The position numbers and the translations under genes were made by a program. DNA of 34,309 nucleotides from Patescibacteria group bacterium. GTDB taxonomy: Bacteria; Patescibacteriota; Minisyncoccia; Phycocordibacterales; Phycocordibacteraceae. The stretch spans positions 413,524-447,832 of the forward strand of contig JBBTSZ010000002.1 of NCBI GenBank assembly GCA_038064495.1, read 5' to 3'. The notes under the pieces are model-generated. The model had not been told where the DNA came from. It was given only the letters and a program-made list of their open reading frames with translations, and did not search any database. Every line of letters starts with the position of its first letter. Within the stretch, counting starts at the first letter, position 1. This document shows, one piece after another, positions 17,734 to 27,280 of the stretch.

Positions 17734-17981
17734 GTAGCCATGATACGGGTTCTCACGAATCGCTCAACAACAAACGCGATAAGGGTAATAGCAAGACCAC
17801 ATAACGTAGCGTATGGAAGTGGACCTTGGGACCAATAAAGCGCGTCCGTAAAGACTCCAACGACAAGCGCAACAGGTGGCAAGAGTGCGGAAACGCCGGC
17901 AACAATAAAAAGAGCGAGTTGCCACGGGAACAACAGTACGGAAAGAAAGGCTCCTACAGTCGCAATAATCCGAACGACCAT
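17730..17981 (-). CDS. Small multi-pass membrane protein in mreD position
   Basis: 83 aa, very hydrophobic, between mreC and mrdA; about half the length of a typical MreD. Confidence 0.6.
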   Translation of the reverse strand: MVVRIIATVGAFLSVLLFPWQLALFIVAGVSALLPPVALVVGVFTDALYWSQGPLPYATLCGLAITLIAFVVERFVRTRIMAT

Positions 17982-17983
17982 AC

Positions 17984-18766
17984 CTAGGGAGCAATCTCAA
18001 GCCAGGTGAGGCTGAAGAGATTGATGTAGGGAGCGACATGTACCAGAGCGCGTGGTGATGAAGGGTCGGTATCAACGCGGACAATCGTACCTACCGGAAG
18101 TGCACCTGGTCCCGGAAGATACACAATGTCGCCGACCGCGACCGAACTTTCGCGTGGCAGCGACGCGGAAAACGCACCAGTACCAAGTCCGGTGAGTGTT
18201 ATCGGAATGCGCTTCTCCCCCACCCACCCTTCGCTTATTTTTCCTGGCGCTGAAAAGAGAGCGATGCGCGCGGTTGTTCGTTCGGCGCTTTCCACGGTGC
18301 CAATCGGCACGCCGCCCGGCGCAAATACAAACGCACCGGGAACTACCCCACCGTCCGTTCCTCGGTCAACGATGAACGTGTCGTAGGGCACGGTCGGCGG
18401 TCGGGCAAGCACTCCGGCAAGAATCCGAACCGCGCTCACACTACGCGAACCAACCAAGTGTGAGAGATCTTGTACTTGTGACGATAAACCACGATTAGAT
18501 TCTTCAAGTGCCTGATTTTCAGCAATGAGCATGTCTCGCTCACGTACCAAGTCTTCCTTATCAGCGAGTGCACTGCCATAGGTATGGAGACCGTTCGTGA
18601 TTGCGTTCCCAAACTGCCACACCGGCGTAACGAGGTACGTGAGCGCGCTTGGTGCAAAAAAACGGAGCCCAAGAATAATGACCCCAACAAGTACAAGGAA
18701 AAATCCGGCCATGTACACGCCCGAAGGCATGAGGGTATTACGCTTGTGCCAAGATTGCTTCTTCAT
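17984..18766 (-). CDS. mreC: Rod shape-determining protein MreC
   Basis: TM, coiled coil (LIAENQALE), IVDRGTDGGV, VGDIV; downstream of mreB. Confidence 0.87.
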   Translation of the reverse strand: MKKQSWHKRNTLMPSGVYMAGFFLVLVGVIILGLRFFAPSALTYLVTPVWQFGNAITNGLHTYGSALADKEDLVRERDMLIAENQALEESNRGLSSQVQDLSHLVGSRSVSAVRILAGVLARPPTVPYDTFIVDRGTDGGVVPGAFVFAPGGVPIGTVESAERTTARIALFSAPGKISEGWVGEKRIPITLTGLGTGAFSASLPRESSVAVGDIVYLPGPGALPVGTIVRVDTDPSSPRALVHVAPYINLFSLTWLEIAP

Positions 18767-19796
18767 GCATGAATGCTTCTGCCCACGGACGAGGATCTTC
18801 GGTGACAATACCGGTACCACGCACCACAGCGGTAAGTGGGTCTGGTGTTACGTGTATCGGCACGCCAAGCATCTTTGCGAGGAGCTCGGGAAGACCGCGC
18901 AGTTGTGCTCCACCACCAAACACCGTGACGCCCCGCTCAAGCACATCGGAAAGGAGTTCGGGTGGTGTTGCCTCAATTACCTCTTTCATGGCTTCCATGA
19001 GAGTATCCAGTGACGGCGCGAGTGCTTCACGAACGTGCGAATCGGTAAGCATAATTTCTCGTGGAAGCCCGGTGGCAAGATCGCGACCGCGAACCGCACG
19101 CTCGAGTTGTTCGTCAAGCGGAAGCACCGCCCCAATCGCAATCTTCGTGTCTTCAGCGGTTTTTTCACCAATAGCAAGCTGAAACTCACTCCGTACAAAA
19201 TCTATAATGTTGTCGTTGAAACGGTCACCGGCAACGTGCGACGACTTACTGGCAACTGTGCCGCCAAGCGCGAGCACTGCAATGTCCGTGGTACCTCCCC
19301 CGATATCAAGCACCATGGTGCCAATCGGTTCGGTGATGGGAAGCTTTGCGCCAATAGCTCCTGCCATCGGTTCTTCCATAATAAACACTTCGCGAGCACC
19401 TGCCGTGAGCGCTGCATCACGAACCGCGCGACTCTCTACGTTCGTCACGCCGGTCGGTACCCCAATCACCACGCGTGGACCAAGGAGGCGTGAGCGTCCG
19501 CCCTGCGCTTTGTTAATCAGGTACGCAAGCAACTCCTCGGTGACTTCAAAATCAGAAATCACGCCGTGAGAAAGTGGACGTACGGCACGGATGTGCGGTG
19601 GCGTTTTGCCGAGCATCACTTTGGCCTCTTTCCCAACAGCTACCACCTGCCCAGTTTTTTCGTTCAACGTCACCACCGATGGCTCGTTAATCACAATGCC
19701 GCGCCCGCGCACATACACGAGCGTGTTTGCGGTACCGAGGTCTATACCAATATCGCTTGAGAAGAGCGAGTTCCGTGAGAATTTCAAGCGAGCCAT
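18738..19796 (-). CDS. mreB: Rod shape-determining protein MreB
   Basis: DIGIDLGTANTLV, EPSVV, EEPMAGAIGA, DIGGGTTD, TPPELLSD. Confidence 0.96.
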   Translation of the reverse strand: MARLKFSRNSLFSSDIGIDLGTANTLVYVRGRGIVINEPSVVTLNEKTGQVVAVGKEAKVMLGKTPPHIRAVRPLSHGVISDFEVTEELLAYLINKAQGGRSRLLGPRVVIGVPTGVTNVESRAVRDAALTAGAREVFIMEEPMAGAIGAKLPITEPIGTMVLDIGGGTTDIAVLALGGTVASKSSHVAGDRFNDNIIDFVRSEFQLAIGEKTAEDTKIAIGAVLPLDEQLERAVRGRDLATGLPREIMLTDSHVREALAPSLDTLMEAMKEVIEATPPELLSDVLERGVTVFGGGAQLRGLPELLAKMLGVPIHVTPDPLTAVVRGTGIVTEDPRPWAEAFMHEEAILAQA

Positions 19797-19797
19797 A

Positions 19798-21036
19798 TTA
19801 GAATACGAGAATTTCTTCCTTCGTGAGTTTTTGCACTTCACCGGTCGCTCGGTTCACGAGCTCAACCGTGCCACTTGCAAGCGTGTCCTTGCCCACAATG
19901 AGGCGCCACGGAATACCCATCAAATCACTATCTGCGAATTTCTCGCCTGCGCGTACGTCTCTATCGTCAAAGAGCACTGAGTTCATGGGAAGCTCCCGAT
20001 ACAAGTCCTGTGCGTAGCTTGCTATTGTCGTGTCGCCACCATCAAGTGAAATTAAGTGGAAACGGAACGGCGCAACGGCTTCAGGCCAGACAATTCCTTT
20101 TTCATCAGAAAGTGTTTCGACAATTGTTCCCATAACACGAGATGGACCGATGCCGTAGGAACCCATAACCACCGGTTTCTTACTTCCGTCTTCTGCGGTG
20201 TACATAAGGTTAAGCGGTTCAGAGAAACGTGTACCGAGATTGAAGATGTTACCGACCTCAATCGCTTTCTTCTCAACGAGTTCCTCCTTCGTGAGACCAA
20301 GCTTCGCAAGATTTTCATCGCCATACACTTCTTTATTCACCGCAATACGCTTTCCCTCGTGTACGTAAATAGTGTCCTCTCCTGCCTCCGAGATTGTCTG
20401 GAACTCTTCTGAAAACGGGCTGAAAATGCCGCCTGAGGCGAAGGTCGGGTACGTGAGTTCGCCGAGTCCAAGACGCTCAAAGACTTTGATATATGCTTCG
20501 CGAATACCTGTGTACACCTGCGTATGCTCTTCATCGTCCTTTGAGAACGAGTAGAGGTCTTTCATTAAAAACTCCTTACCGCGCATGATTCCAGATTTGG
20601 CGCGCATTTCGTTACGAAATTTGTTTTGGAATTGATACGCGCTTACGGGCAGGTCACGGTACGAAGAAATGTGGTCAGTCATGATACGCGTGAGTGGTTC
20701 CTCGTGCGTAATTGCAAGTCCGGTCTCTCCCCCCGACTTAAATTCAGTCTTGAACCAATTATCTACTTTGTTGTCATCCCATCTGTCAGTACGACTCCAG
20801 AGTGCACGGTCTTGCAGTGCCGACATAACGAGTTCTTGTCCGCCAACCGCATTCATCTCCTGGCGGATGACTTCTACGATGTTGTTCAAAGTGCGCAGAC
20901 CAAGTGGCAAGTAGGAGTACACCCCTGCCATTTCTTTGTGGACATAGCCCGCACGAATCAGGAGCTGGGCATTTTTTGCCTCCTCGTCAGAAGGTGCATC
21001 GCGCCGTGTTTTTGTGAAAAGCTGACTGTGCCGCAT
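19798..21036 (-). CDS. proS: Proline--tRNA ligase (short form, no editing domain)
   Basis: LLIRAGY, THEE, KFRNEMRAKSGIMRGKEFLMKDLYSF, MGSYGIG, GEKFADSDLMGIP. Confidence 0.96.
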   Translation of the reverse strand: MRHSQLFTKTRRDAPSDEEAKNAQLLIRAGYVHKEMAGVYSYLPLGLRTLNNIVEVIRQEMNAVGGQELVMSALQDRALWSRTDRWDDNKVDNWFKTEFKSGGETGLAITHEEPLTRIMTDHISSYRDLPVSAYQFQNKFRNEMRAKSGIMRGKEFLMKDLYSFSKDDEEHTQVYTGIREAYIKVFERLGLGELTYPTFASGGIFSPFSEEFQTISEAGEDTIYVHEGKRIAVNKEVYGDENLAKLGLTKEELVEKKAIEVGNIFNLGTRFSEPLNLMYTAEDGSKKPVVMGSYGIGPSRVMGTIVETLSDEKGIVWPEAVAPFRFHLISLDGGDTTIASYAQDLYRELPMNSVLFDDRDVRAGEKFADSDLMGIPWRLIVGKDTLASGTVELVNRATGEVQKLTKEEILVF

Positions 21037-21091
21037 ATGTACTGACAGTATAAGTCTTTAGCTCTTGAGGGCAAATTACCAAGAAAAAGGG

Positions 21092-21215
21092 GAGGTCGGT
21101 GAAAAGCGCCTAGATGCGAGGCGCGAGCGAGGAGCGTACCGAGTCGTACGTGCTGGTACGGTGAGGGAGCACCGGAGCTCGCAACAACCGCAGATGGGTG
21201 TTTTTCACCTACCTC
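21092..21215. repeat. ~124-bp palindromic intergenic repeat, copy 3
   Basis: Terminal stem GAGGTCGGTGAAAAGCGCC / GGTGTTTTTCACCTACCTC; shares GTACGTGCTGGTACGGTGA with copy 2. Confidence 0.82.
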
Positions 21216-22321
21216 TAGGTGAAAAATTTCAGAACGTCGTGAAAAGACACCACCACCATGAGTAGTATGAGGAACGCAAAACCAACCGTGTTTACCGCCC
21301 GCGCAGCAACCACTGGGAGCGGCCTGCGAATGACTGCCTCAATGGCAACAAACAGGAGACGTCCGCCATCAAGTGCTGGTATTGGGAGAAGATTAATAAG
21401 CGCTAGATTTATGGAAATGATAGCGGTTAGTGTAAGCAGAGCTACAAGTCCATGACTGGATGCAGTACCCACTGCGCCAGCAATACCGATGGGTCCTGAG
21501 ACCTGCGTAAGGTCTGCGTTCAGGAGCGCGATACTTGAAAAGAATTGCCACAAACCTATCGCGGTCTCTTTCGTAATCTCTGCCGTTAACTTCGCACCTT
21601 CTATCGGAGCTTTCCACCAGGTGACCGGTACCGTGCCTGCAGTTGCAACCGCAAGACCAAGCGCTGGACGTGTTGGGTCGTTTGCAATGACACCTGCTTT
21701 CGGTGTTGCGGTGAGAATCATTTCTGTGCCACCCCGCAGTACTGTAATAGTGAGTGGAATCTGTGTAGAATCGCTTGCAATAAATGACGTGAAGTCGGTT
21801 GGCACAACTCCGGTAAACTCGTGGTCGCCAAGCACTACTTTTTTAATCGCGTCGCCTGCCTTAAGACCTGCTTCTGCCCCTGGTGAGCCGGCAAGTACAT
21901 TTGAAACCATGAGCGCCGCATCTTTCGCGTACGGTACTTCTTCCGGCGTAAGAGCACGCACGGTACCAATGGCAAGAATGCCGGAGATGAGAACCCATGC
22001 AAAGAGTAGATTCATAGCGATGCCAGCGAAGAGCGTGAGTGCCTGAAGCACGCGCGGACGAGAACCAAAAGCACGAGATACGTCACCTGTACCCTCTACA
22101 CGGTCCTGCTCATCTTCGCCGTAAATACGTACGAAGCCACCGAACGGCAGCCAATTAACACTGTATTCCGTTTCCCCATACTTCCATGCCCGTGCGCGTG
22201 GTGGATATCCAACACCAAACTCGTCCACGCGCATGCCTGACCATTTCGCAACGACAAAATGTCCGAACTCGTGCACCACGATAAGTGCAAGGAGAACAAG
22301 AATGAAGAGAATGACACTCAT
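21215..22321 (-). CDS. rseP: RIP/site-2 zinc metalloprotease RseP
   Basis: HEFGH, PFGGFV, PDZ segment, NLLPIPALDGG. Confidence 0.95.
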   Translation of the reverse strand: MSVILFILVLLALIVVHEFGHFVVAKWSGMRVDEFGVGYPPRARAWKYGETEYSVNWLPFGGFVRIYGEDEQDRVEGTGDVSRAFGSRPRVLQALTLFAGIAMNLLFAWVLISGILAIGTVRALTPEEVPYAKDAALMVSNVLAGSPGAEAGLKAGDAIKKVVLGDHEFTGVVPTDFTSFIASDSTQIPLTITVLRGGTEMILTATPKAGVIANDPTRPALGLAVATAGTVPVTWWKAPIEGAKLTAEITKETAIGLWQFFSSIALLNADLTQVSGPIGIAGAVGTASSHGLVALLTLTAIISINLALINLLPIPALDGGRLLFVAIEAVIRRPLPVVAARAVNTVGFAFLILLMVVVSFHDVLKFFT

Positions 22322-22324
22322 GAC

Positions 22325-22876
22325 CTAATTCGCAATCTCCGTCTCCTTCTTTTTCCCGAGCGTTTCTAGAGATTCATTTCCTTTATCAATCAACTTCTGA
22401 AGCTCGTCCTTGTAGCGCTTTAAATCATCCTGACTCATGCCTCCCTCTTTCTCTGCAGCTTCCAGTTCCTTCATCGCGTCGGTGCGATGGCCACGAAGCG
22501 TGACGCGTGCCTGTTCCAAACGGTCTTTGGAAAGTTTGGTGAGCATGGTGCGACGCTCTGCGGTCAGTTCTGGAAAGCTTACGCGTACCCCTTGGTCGTC
22601 TGAACCGACACCCACACCGAGGTCTGCGTCGGTAATCGCTTTTTCAATATTTTTTGTGATGCTCTTGTCCCACGGGATGATGCGAAGCGTGCGTGCGTCT
22701 TCAATAGTCACGGACGCAACTTGCTGAATCGGCGTTAACACACCGTAGACTTCTGGCTTCACGTTATCCAGGAGCTGTGGCGTGGCTCGTCCCGTGCGAA
22801 TGCCGGTAAATTCTTTTTGAAGCCACTCCTCTGTTTCTTGAATATGTTTGGTAAGCGCACCGAAGGTATATGCCAT
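22325..22876 (-). CDS. frr: Ribosome recycling factor
   Basis: IRTGRATPQLLD, PWDKS, FPELTAERR. Confidence 0.97.
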   Translation of the reverse strand: MAYTFGALTKHIQETEEWLQKEFTGIRTGRATPQLLDNVKPEVYGVLTPIQQVASVTIEDARTLRIIPWDKSITKNIEKAITDADLGVGVGSDDQGVRVSFPELTAERRTMLTKLSKDRLEQARVTLRGHRTDAMKELEAAEKEGGMSQDDLKRYKDELQKLIDKGNESLETLGKKKETEIAN

Positions 22877-22895
22877 ATCAGCATAGTGTAGCAAA

Positions 22896-22927
22896 TAAAG
22901 CGCGCCCCGACACAGGTCGGGGCGCGT
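22896..22927 (-). terminator. Intrinsic terminator
   Basis: CGCGCCCCGAC-ACAG-GTCGGGGCGCG with a T-tract on the minus strand. Confidence 0.7.
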
Positions 22928-22933
22928 ATGGAA

Positions 22934-23305
22934 TCAAATCGTATGCGGGTCTTTGCCCACCATAGCCGGTGCGAGCACCGGGTCGTACGGGGCAACTGCA
23001 ACAACACAGTCCGCAATACTTTGCCTGAGAAATTCATCACGACTGATTTCTTTCACAATTCCTTCAGCGTCACGTGCAAGAAATCGGGCTGTCACCTTGT
23101 TTTGAACAGCCGCAGCTTCGGCTTTTTGAATTACCTCGTTAATGACTTCTGTGCAGGCATCAAAGACCACCCGTGCATGCTCAGCCCTCTCGTCAGGAGG
23201 AGTCCTATCATTTTCAAGAGATTTTGGAGCATCGGGAAAGGCCGACGTGCTCATACTACAAGCACCTAGAGTGCTTAGCAGATATGCAATGGTACGCATC
23301 ATCAT
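22934..23305 (-). CDS. Hypothetical putative lipoprotein
   Basis: GGGAGG RBS; N-terminus MRTIAYLLSTLGAC with a lipobox-like LGAC. Confidence 0.55.
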   Translation of the reverse strand: MMMRTIAYLLSTLGACSMSTSAFPDAPKSLENDRTPPDERAEHARVVFDACTEVINEVIQKAEAAAVQNKVTARFLARDAEGIVKEISRDEFLRQSIADCVVAVAPYDPVLAPAMVGKDPHTI

Positions 23306-23362
23306 TCCTCCCTGTTGTGCCTGTCCGAAATGAACAGTAGCTAGGATTCGTTATACCACTCT

Positions 23363-24043
23363 TTAGAGTTTTGGCATCGTGAGCTGAAGGTGTTCAAAAA
23401 TCAGCTTATACGGAGCGCTTCGCTCGTGGAGAATGGGCAGAAAGCGATTCATATCACTTAGAAATGCCCGGGTCTCTGAAGCATTCCTTGCTGTCGCAAA
23501 TTTTCCGTGCACCTGTGTCATGCAGCCCTCGACAAGCCGGAGGGCTTCACCACGTGCCGCCTGTTTTTCCTCCTCCTTGTCTGACTTAATTCGGTCAAGG
23601 AGTTTCGTGATGAGTTTCTCGCGCTCACTCGCACTCGCCTTGATGAAGGTTGCTACTTCAGGCGAAAGTTCAGACGCTCCTCGCTCACTCAATCTCAAAA
23701 GGCGTGAGCGGAGCGTTGGAAGCAGGTCTCCTTCAGAAGGAATCACGAGGATGAGGGTTGTGCTCTCGGGTGGTTCTTCAAAAATCTTTAGAAGCGCATT
23801 CTGTGCTTCATGGAAAAAACGTTCAACGCAAATGACGAGAAGTTTTTGCTCGCCCACAAGCGGTGCCTGGAGTGCGAGACGAATGATACGGCGAGCGTCA
23901 TCAACTGAGAGAAGTCCGTAGCGCTCAACGATGAGGTCGGCGTTGTTCTCCCCTGAGAGATTCAGCTCGCCCGCTCCATACGCCCGCGCTGTCTCTATCG
24001 CCTCTTCTCTGTCTCCGGTGAGGTAGTACGCGTGGTGTGCCAT
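23363..24043 (-). CDS. holB: DNA polymerase III delta-prime-like subunit (short CPR form)
   Basis: HHAYYLTG, EAQNALLKIFEEPP, LLPTLRSR. Confidence 0.85.
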   Translation of the reverse strand: MAHHAYYLTGDREEAIETARAYGAGELNLSGENNADLIVERYGLLSVDDARRIIRLALQAPLVGEQKLLVICVERFFHEAQNALLKIFEEPPESTTLILVIPSEGDLLPTLRSRLLRLSERGASELSPEVATFIKASASEREKLITKLLDRIKSDKEEEKQAARGEALRLVEGCMTQVHGKFATARNASETRAFLSDMNRFLPILHERSAPYKLIFEHLQLTMPKL

Positions 24044-24049
24044 CTTTGC

Positions 24050-24100
24050 AGAATACAGTGCAAATAGTGTATTTGACAATCTACATATAGTTTATATAAT
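24050..24100. promoter_or_regulatory. Back-to-back promoters with shared ATACACTATTT motif
   Basis: Plus: TTGACA(24073)-N16-TATAAT. Minus: TTGTCA-AATACACTATTTGCACTG-TATTCT, 6 nt before the holB ATG. Confidence 0.65.
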
Positions 24101-24155
24101 GAATTTAGAAAGTGTTAGGACTTCCCTTTCACGAATAGCCTAGAAAGGGCTTGAG

Positions 24156-24734
24156 ATGCAAATTGATTTACTGATGGGTGCTGGGATTGCCGCTGCTTTC
24201 GCCTATATCGTGATCTTCACTGGCATCCTTCGTGGGCAGACGCGCATGAATATTGCCACATGGTTGGTCTGGTCAATCGTGAATACGGTTGTCACGGCCG
24301 CTATCATTAAAAGTGGGTTTTCTCATCCGTGGATGAACATCACCTTTATGATTGGTTCGATTGTGACCCTTCTCCTTTCGCTTCGGCGCGGAAATTGGTC
24401 ATGGGGGAAAATCGAGACAATCTGTTCCATTATTGCCCTTGTGGCGATGGTGTGCTGGTTCTACTTTGGTCCAACCCAGGCGCTAGTACTCGGCGTCACT
24501 GCAATGTTCGTCGGCGGTGTGCCGCAACTCATCGATACCTACCACCGACCGGGAGATCAACAATCTTGGACGTGGTTTCTGTTCCTCACTAGCTGCACCT
24601 TATCGTTGATGGGCGCACCAACGTGGGATCTTGCACATGTGCTCTATCCCATCTTCGGCCTTGTGATGAACGGCTTTATGTTTTTGTTCATTCTGTTACG
24701 GCCAAAGTCTGCAGCTCCTCGTTCTCGATATTAG
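24156..24734 (+). CDS. Multi-pass membrane protein (PQ-loop/SWEET-like)
   Basis: About 7 hydrophobic helices; N..TWLVW and VPQLIDTYHRP internal-repeat pattern. Confidence 0.7.
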   Translation: MQIDLLMGAGIAAAFAYIVIFTGILRGQTRMNIATWLVWSIVNTVVTAAIIKSGFSHPWMNITFMIGSIVTLLLSLRRGNWSWGKIETICSIIALVAMVCWFYFGPTQALVLGVTAMFVGGVPQLIDTYHRPGDQQSWTWFLFLTSCTLSLMGAPTWDLAHVLYPIFGLVMNGFMFLFILLRPKSAAPRSRY

Positions 24735-24801
24735 TGACTCTGATGTCTCACCGTGGGCTCCCTCGCTTTAATGCAGGGAGTCCTTTTCTATCCACAAGTG
24801 C

Positions 24802-25815
24802 TTATCGTTTGGAAACAATTGATTTCTTATACGTTCCAAGGTGAGCAAGAGCCACACCCGTTCCGCGAGCTACACAGTAGTACGCATCATCAGCAAGCTC
24901 AGCGCGCACCCCGGTACGCCTAAGTACGAGCTCAGGAAGATGCCGAAGTTGTGACGTGCCACCCGTAAGGATGATGCCGTTATCAATGATATCTGAAGCA
25001 AGTTCCGGTGGAGTCTCTTGAAGTACTTTTCGTACGGCTCCCATCATCTCGCGCAGTTCCCTGTTCATGGCCTGCACAATTTCATTTGTCTTGAGTTCTA
25101 CCGTGCGCGGAAGACCGGTGACCAGGTCGCGTCCTTTTACCGCCATGGTAAGTTCAACAGAAAGTGGCACAGCAGCGCCAATATTAATTTTGACTTCTTC
25201 AGCCGTCTTGTCGCCAATCGCGAGGTTGTATTGTTTTTTGACGTGGTCAATGATGGCACGGTCAAGTTTATTGCCCGCGCACTTCACTGAAGTTGAAGCT
25301 ACAATGCCGCCGAGCGAAATCACGGCAACATCAATGGTTCCACCACCAAGGTCAGCGACCATGCGACCGAGTGCTTCTTGAATCGGAATGCCCGCTCCTA
25401 TCGCTGCAAGGATTGGTTCCTTCACCACGTACGCGTCTTTCGCTCCTGCCTTCACGGCGGCTTCTATCACTGCACGCTTTTCGGTAGAGGTCACACCTGC
25501 TGGTACTGAAATAAGAACAGTTGGTTTAAACAAATTCCATTTTCCAAGCGCCTTACGCATAAAGTAGCGAAGCATGGCCTCCGTGACACGGTAATCCGCA
25601 ATAACGCCATCTTTCATCGGCCGGTACGCGGTAATGGAGTCCGGAGTGCGGCCAATCATCTTTTTTGCTTCAGCACCGATGGCGAGCACTTTGTTGTTTT
25701 CTGTTGAAACGGCAACGACTGATGGCTCATTCAAGACTACTCCTTTCTCAGGAAGGAACACCAGGACGTTCGTGGTGCCAAGATCGATACCCAATTTCGG
25801 TGAAAACATGGACAT
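24802..25815 (-). CDS. mreB: Second MreB/Mbl-family actin-like protein
   Basis: LGIDLGTTNVLV, EPSVVA, DLGGGT, ETPPELASD; start trimmed to ATG 25815. Confidence 0.94.
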   Translation of the reverse strand: MSMFSPKLGIDLGTTNVLVFLPEKGVVLNEPSVVAVSTENNKVLAIGAEAKKMIGRTPDSITAYRPMKDGVIADYRVTEAMLRYFMRKALGKWNLFKPTVLISVPAGVTSTEKRAVIEAAVKAGAKDAYVVKEPILAAIGAGIPIQEALGRMVADLGGGTIDVAVISLGGIVASTSVKCAGNKLDRAIIDHVKKQYNLAIGDKTAEEVKINIGAAVPLSVELTMAVKGRDLVTGLPRTVELKTNEIVQAMNRELREMMGAVRKVLQETPPELASDIIDNGIILTGGTSQLRHLPELVLRRTGVRAELADDAYYCVARGTGVALAHLGTYKKSIVSKR

Positions 25816-25894
25816 AGTTGCCGTATCATACCGCGTACTACGGAAGCACGCCAAATACATAGGTGTTTTCGAGAGCGCTCGGTATAATCGGCGT

Positions 25895-27202
25895 ATGGCG
25901 AGCGACGTTATCAATTTCAAAGTAGAGGGCGGACACCCTCTTTCTGGCTCTATTGAAACGAATCGCTCAAAAAATGGCGCCGTAGCACTCCTCGCTGCGT
26001 CCCTGTTAAACAACGGTACGACGACGCTTAAGAAAGTACCCGAGATTGAAGAGGTAAACAGACTTGTGGAGGTCCTTGAGTCTATTGGTATGAAGGTTGA
26101 ACGGAGCGACCACACCATCACACTCACTCCTCCCGAACGGATTTCACTTGAAACAATTAACAAGGAAGCTGCGGTGCGCACCCGAAGTATTTTGATGTTC
26201 ATCGGTCCGCTCCTCCACCACTTCCCTTCGTTTGATTTGCCACAGTCGGGTGGGTGTGACTTCGGTACCAGAAGCGTACGCCCGCATCTGTGGGCGCTGG
26301 AGCGATTTGGTGTTGCGATAGAAGCACACACCGACCGGTTTTCTATTTCGCATGATGGTCTCTCCCCTGCAACCGTCGTACTCCAAGAATCAAGCGACAC
26401 CGCAACCGAGAACGCACTGTTTGCTGCGGCAGGTATTCCCGGAACAAGCGTTATTAAATACGCCTCGGCAAACTACCAGGTGCAGGAAGTGTGCGGATTC
26501 CTGCAAGCACTTGGTGTGAAGATTGAGGGGGTGGGTTCTACAACACTCACCGTCACGGGACTTTCAAGCATCAATACTGATGTGGAATACACGGTTGCAG
26601 AAGACCCTACTGACGCAATGTTCTTTATTGCCGCAGCTGCAACGACACACTCCTCCCTAACCGTACGTCGTGCCCCAATTGAATTCCTTGAAATTGAGTT
26701 GGCCATCCTTGAAAAGATGGGGTTGCAGTTTACGGTCACGGACGCCGGCATTTCTGAAAATGGTATTACAAAACTCGCGGACATCCACATCACCGCGTCA
26801 GAACTTATCGCGTTTCCAGAGCGCATTCATCCACGTCCGTATCCTGGACTTAACATTGATAACCTCCCTTTCTTCGCCGTCATCGCAACGCAGGCGAAAG
26901 GCGACACCCTCATTAACGACTGGGTCTTTGAAAAACGTGCCATCTATTACACTGAGCTTGAAGCGCTTGGCGCAACCACCCTCCTGCTTGACCCGCACCG
27001 TATCCAAATCTCGGGACCGAAGCAACTCAAAGCCGCTGACATTGTCGCGCCTCCAGCACTACGGCCTGCCACCATTCTTCTGGTCGCTATGCTCGCGGCG
27101 GAAGGAACCTCTGTACTTCGAAATGTGTACATCGTGAACCGAGGTTACGAGAAATTGGTCACGAGACTCCAATCACTTGGCGCTCATATTGAACAGGTCT
27201 AA
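25895..27202 (+). CDS. murA: UDP-N-acetylglucosamine 1-carboxyvinyltransferase
   Basis: SKNGAV, GGCDFGTR (catalytic Cys), ATEN, PYPG, RGYE; ATG 6 nt after TATAAT. Confidence 0.94.
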   Translation: MASDVINFKVEGGHPLSGSIETNRSKNGAVALLAASLLNNGTTTLKKVPEIEEVNRLVEVLESIGMKVERSDHTITLTPPERISLETINKEAAVRTRSILMFIGPLLHHFPSFDLPQSGGCDFGTRSVRPHLWALERFGVAIEAHTDRFSISHDGLSPATVVLQESSDTATENALFAAAGIPGTSVIKYASANYQVQEVCGFLQALGVKIEGVGSTTLTVTGLSSINTDVEYTVAEDPTDAMFFIAAAATTHSSLTVRRAPIEFLEIELAILEKMGLQFTVTDAGISENGITKLADIHITASELIAFPERIHPRPYPGLNIDNLPFFAVIATQAKGDTLINDWVFEKRAIYYTELEALGATTLLLDPHRIQISGPKQLKAADIVAPPALRPATILLVAMLAAEGTSVLRNVYIVNRGYEKLVTRLQSLGAHIEQV

Positions 27203-27280
27203 TAGGTTCTAAGCCCAGGTTTCCAGCAATAAATAAATGCGCCCCGCCTCAAAAGAGACAGGGCGCACGAAAATCAACGG

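Noticed and set aside
24802-27202. Long overlapping N-terminal extensions of mreB (532 aa) and murA (522 aa) in the ORF track
   Set aside because: They are antisense read-through of each other; family homology and -10 boxes place the starts at 25815 and 25895.
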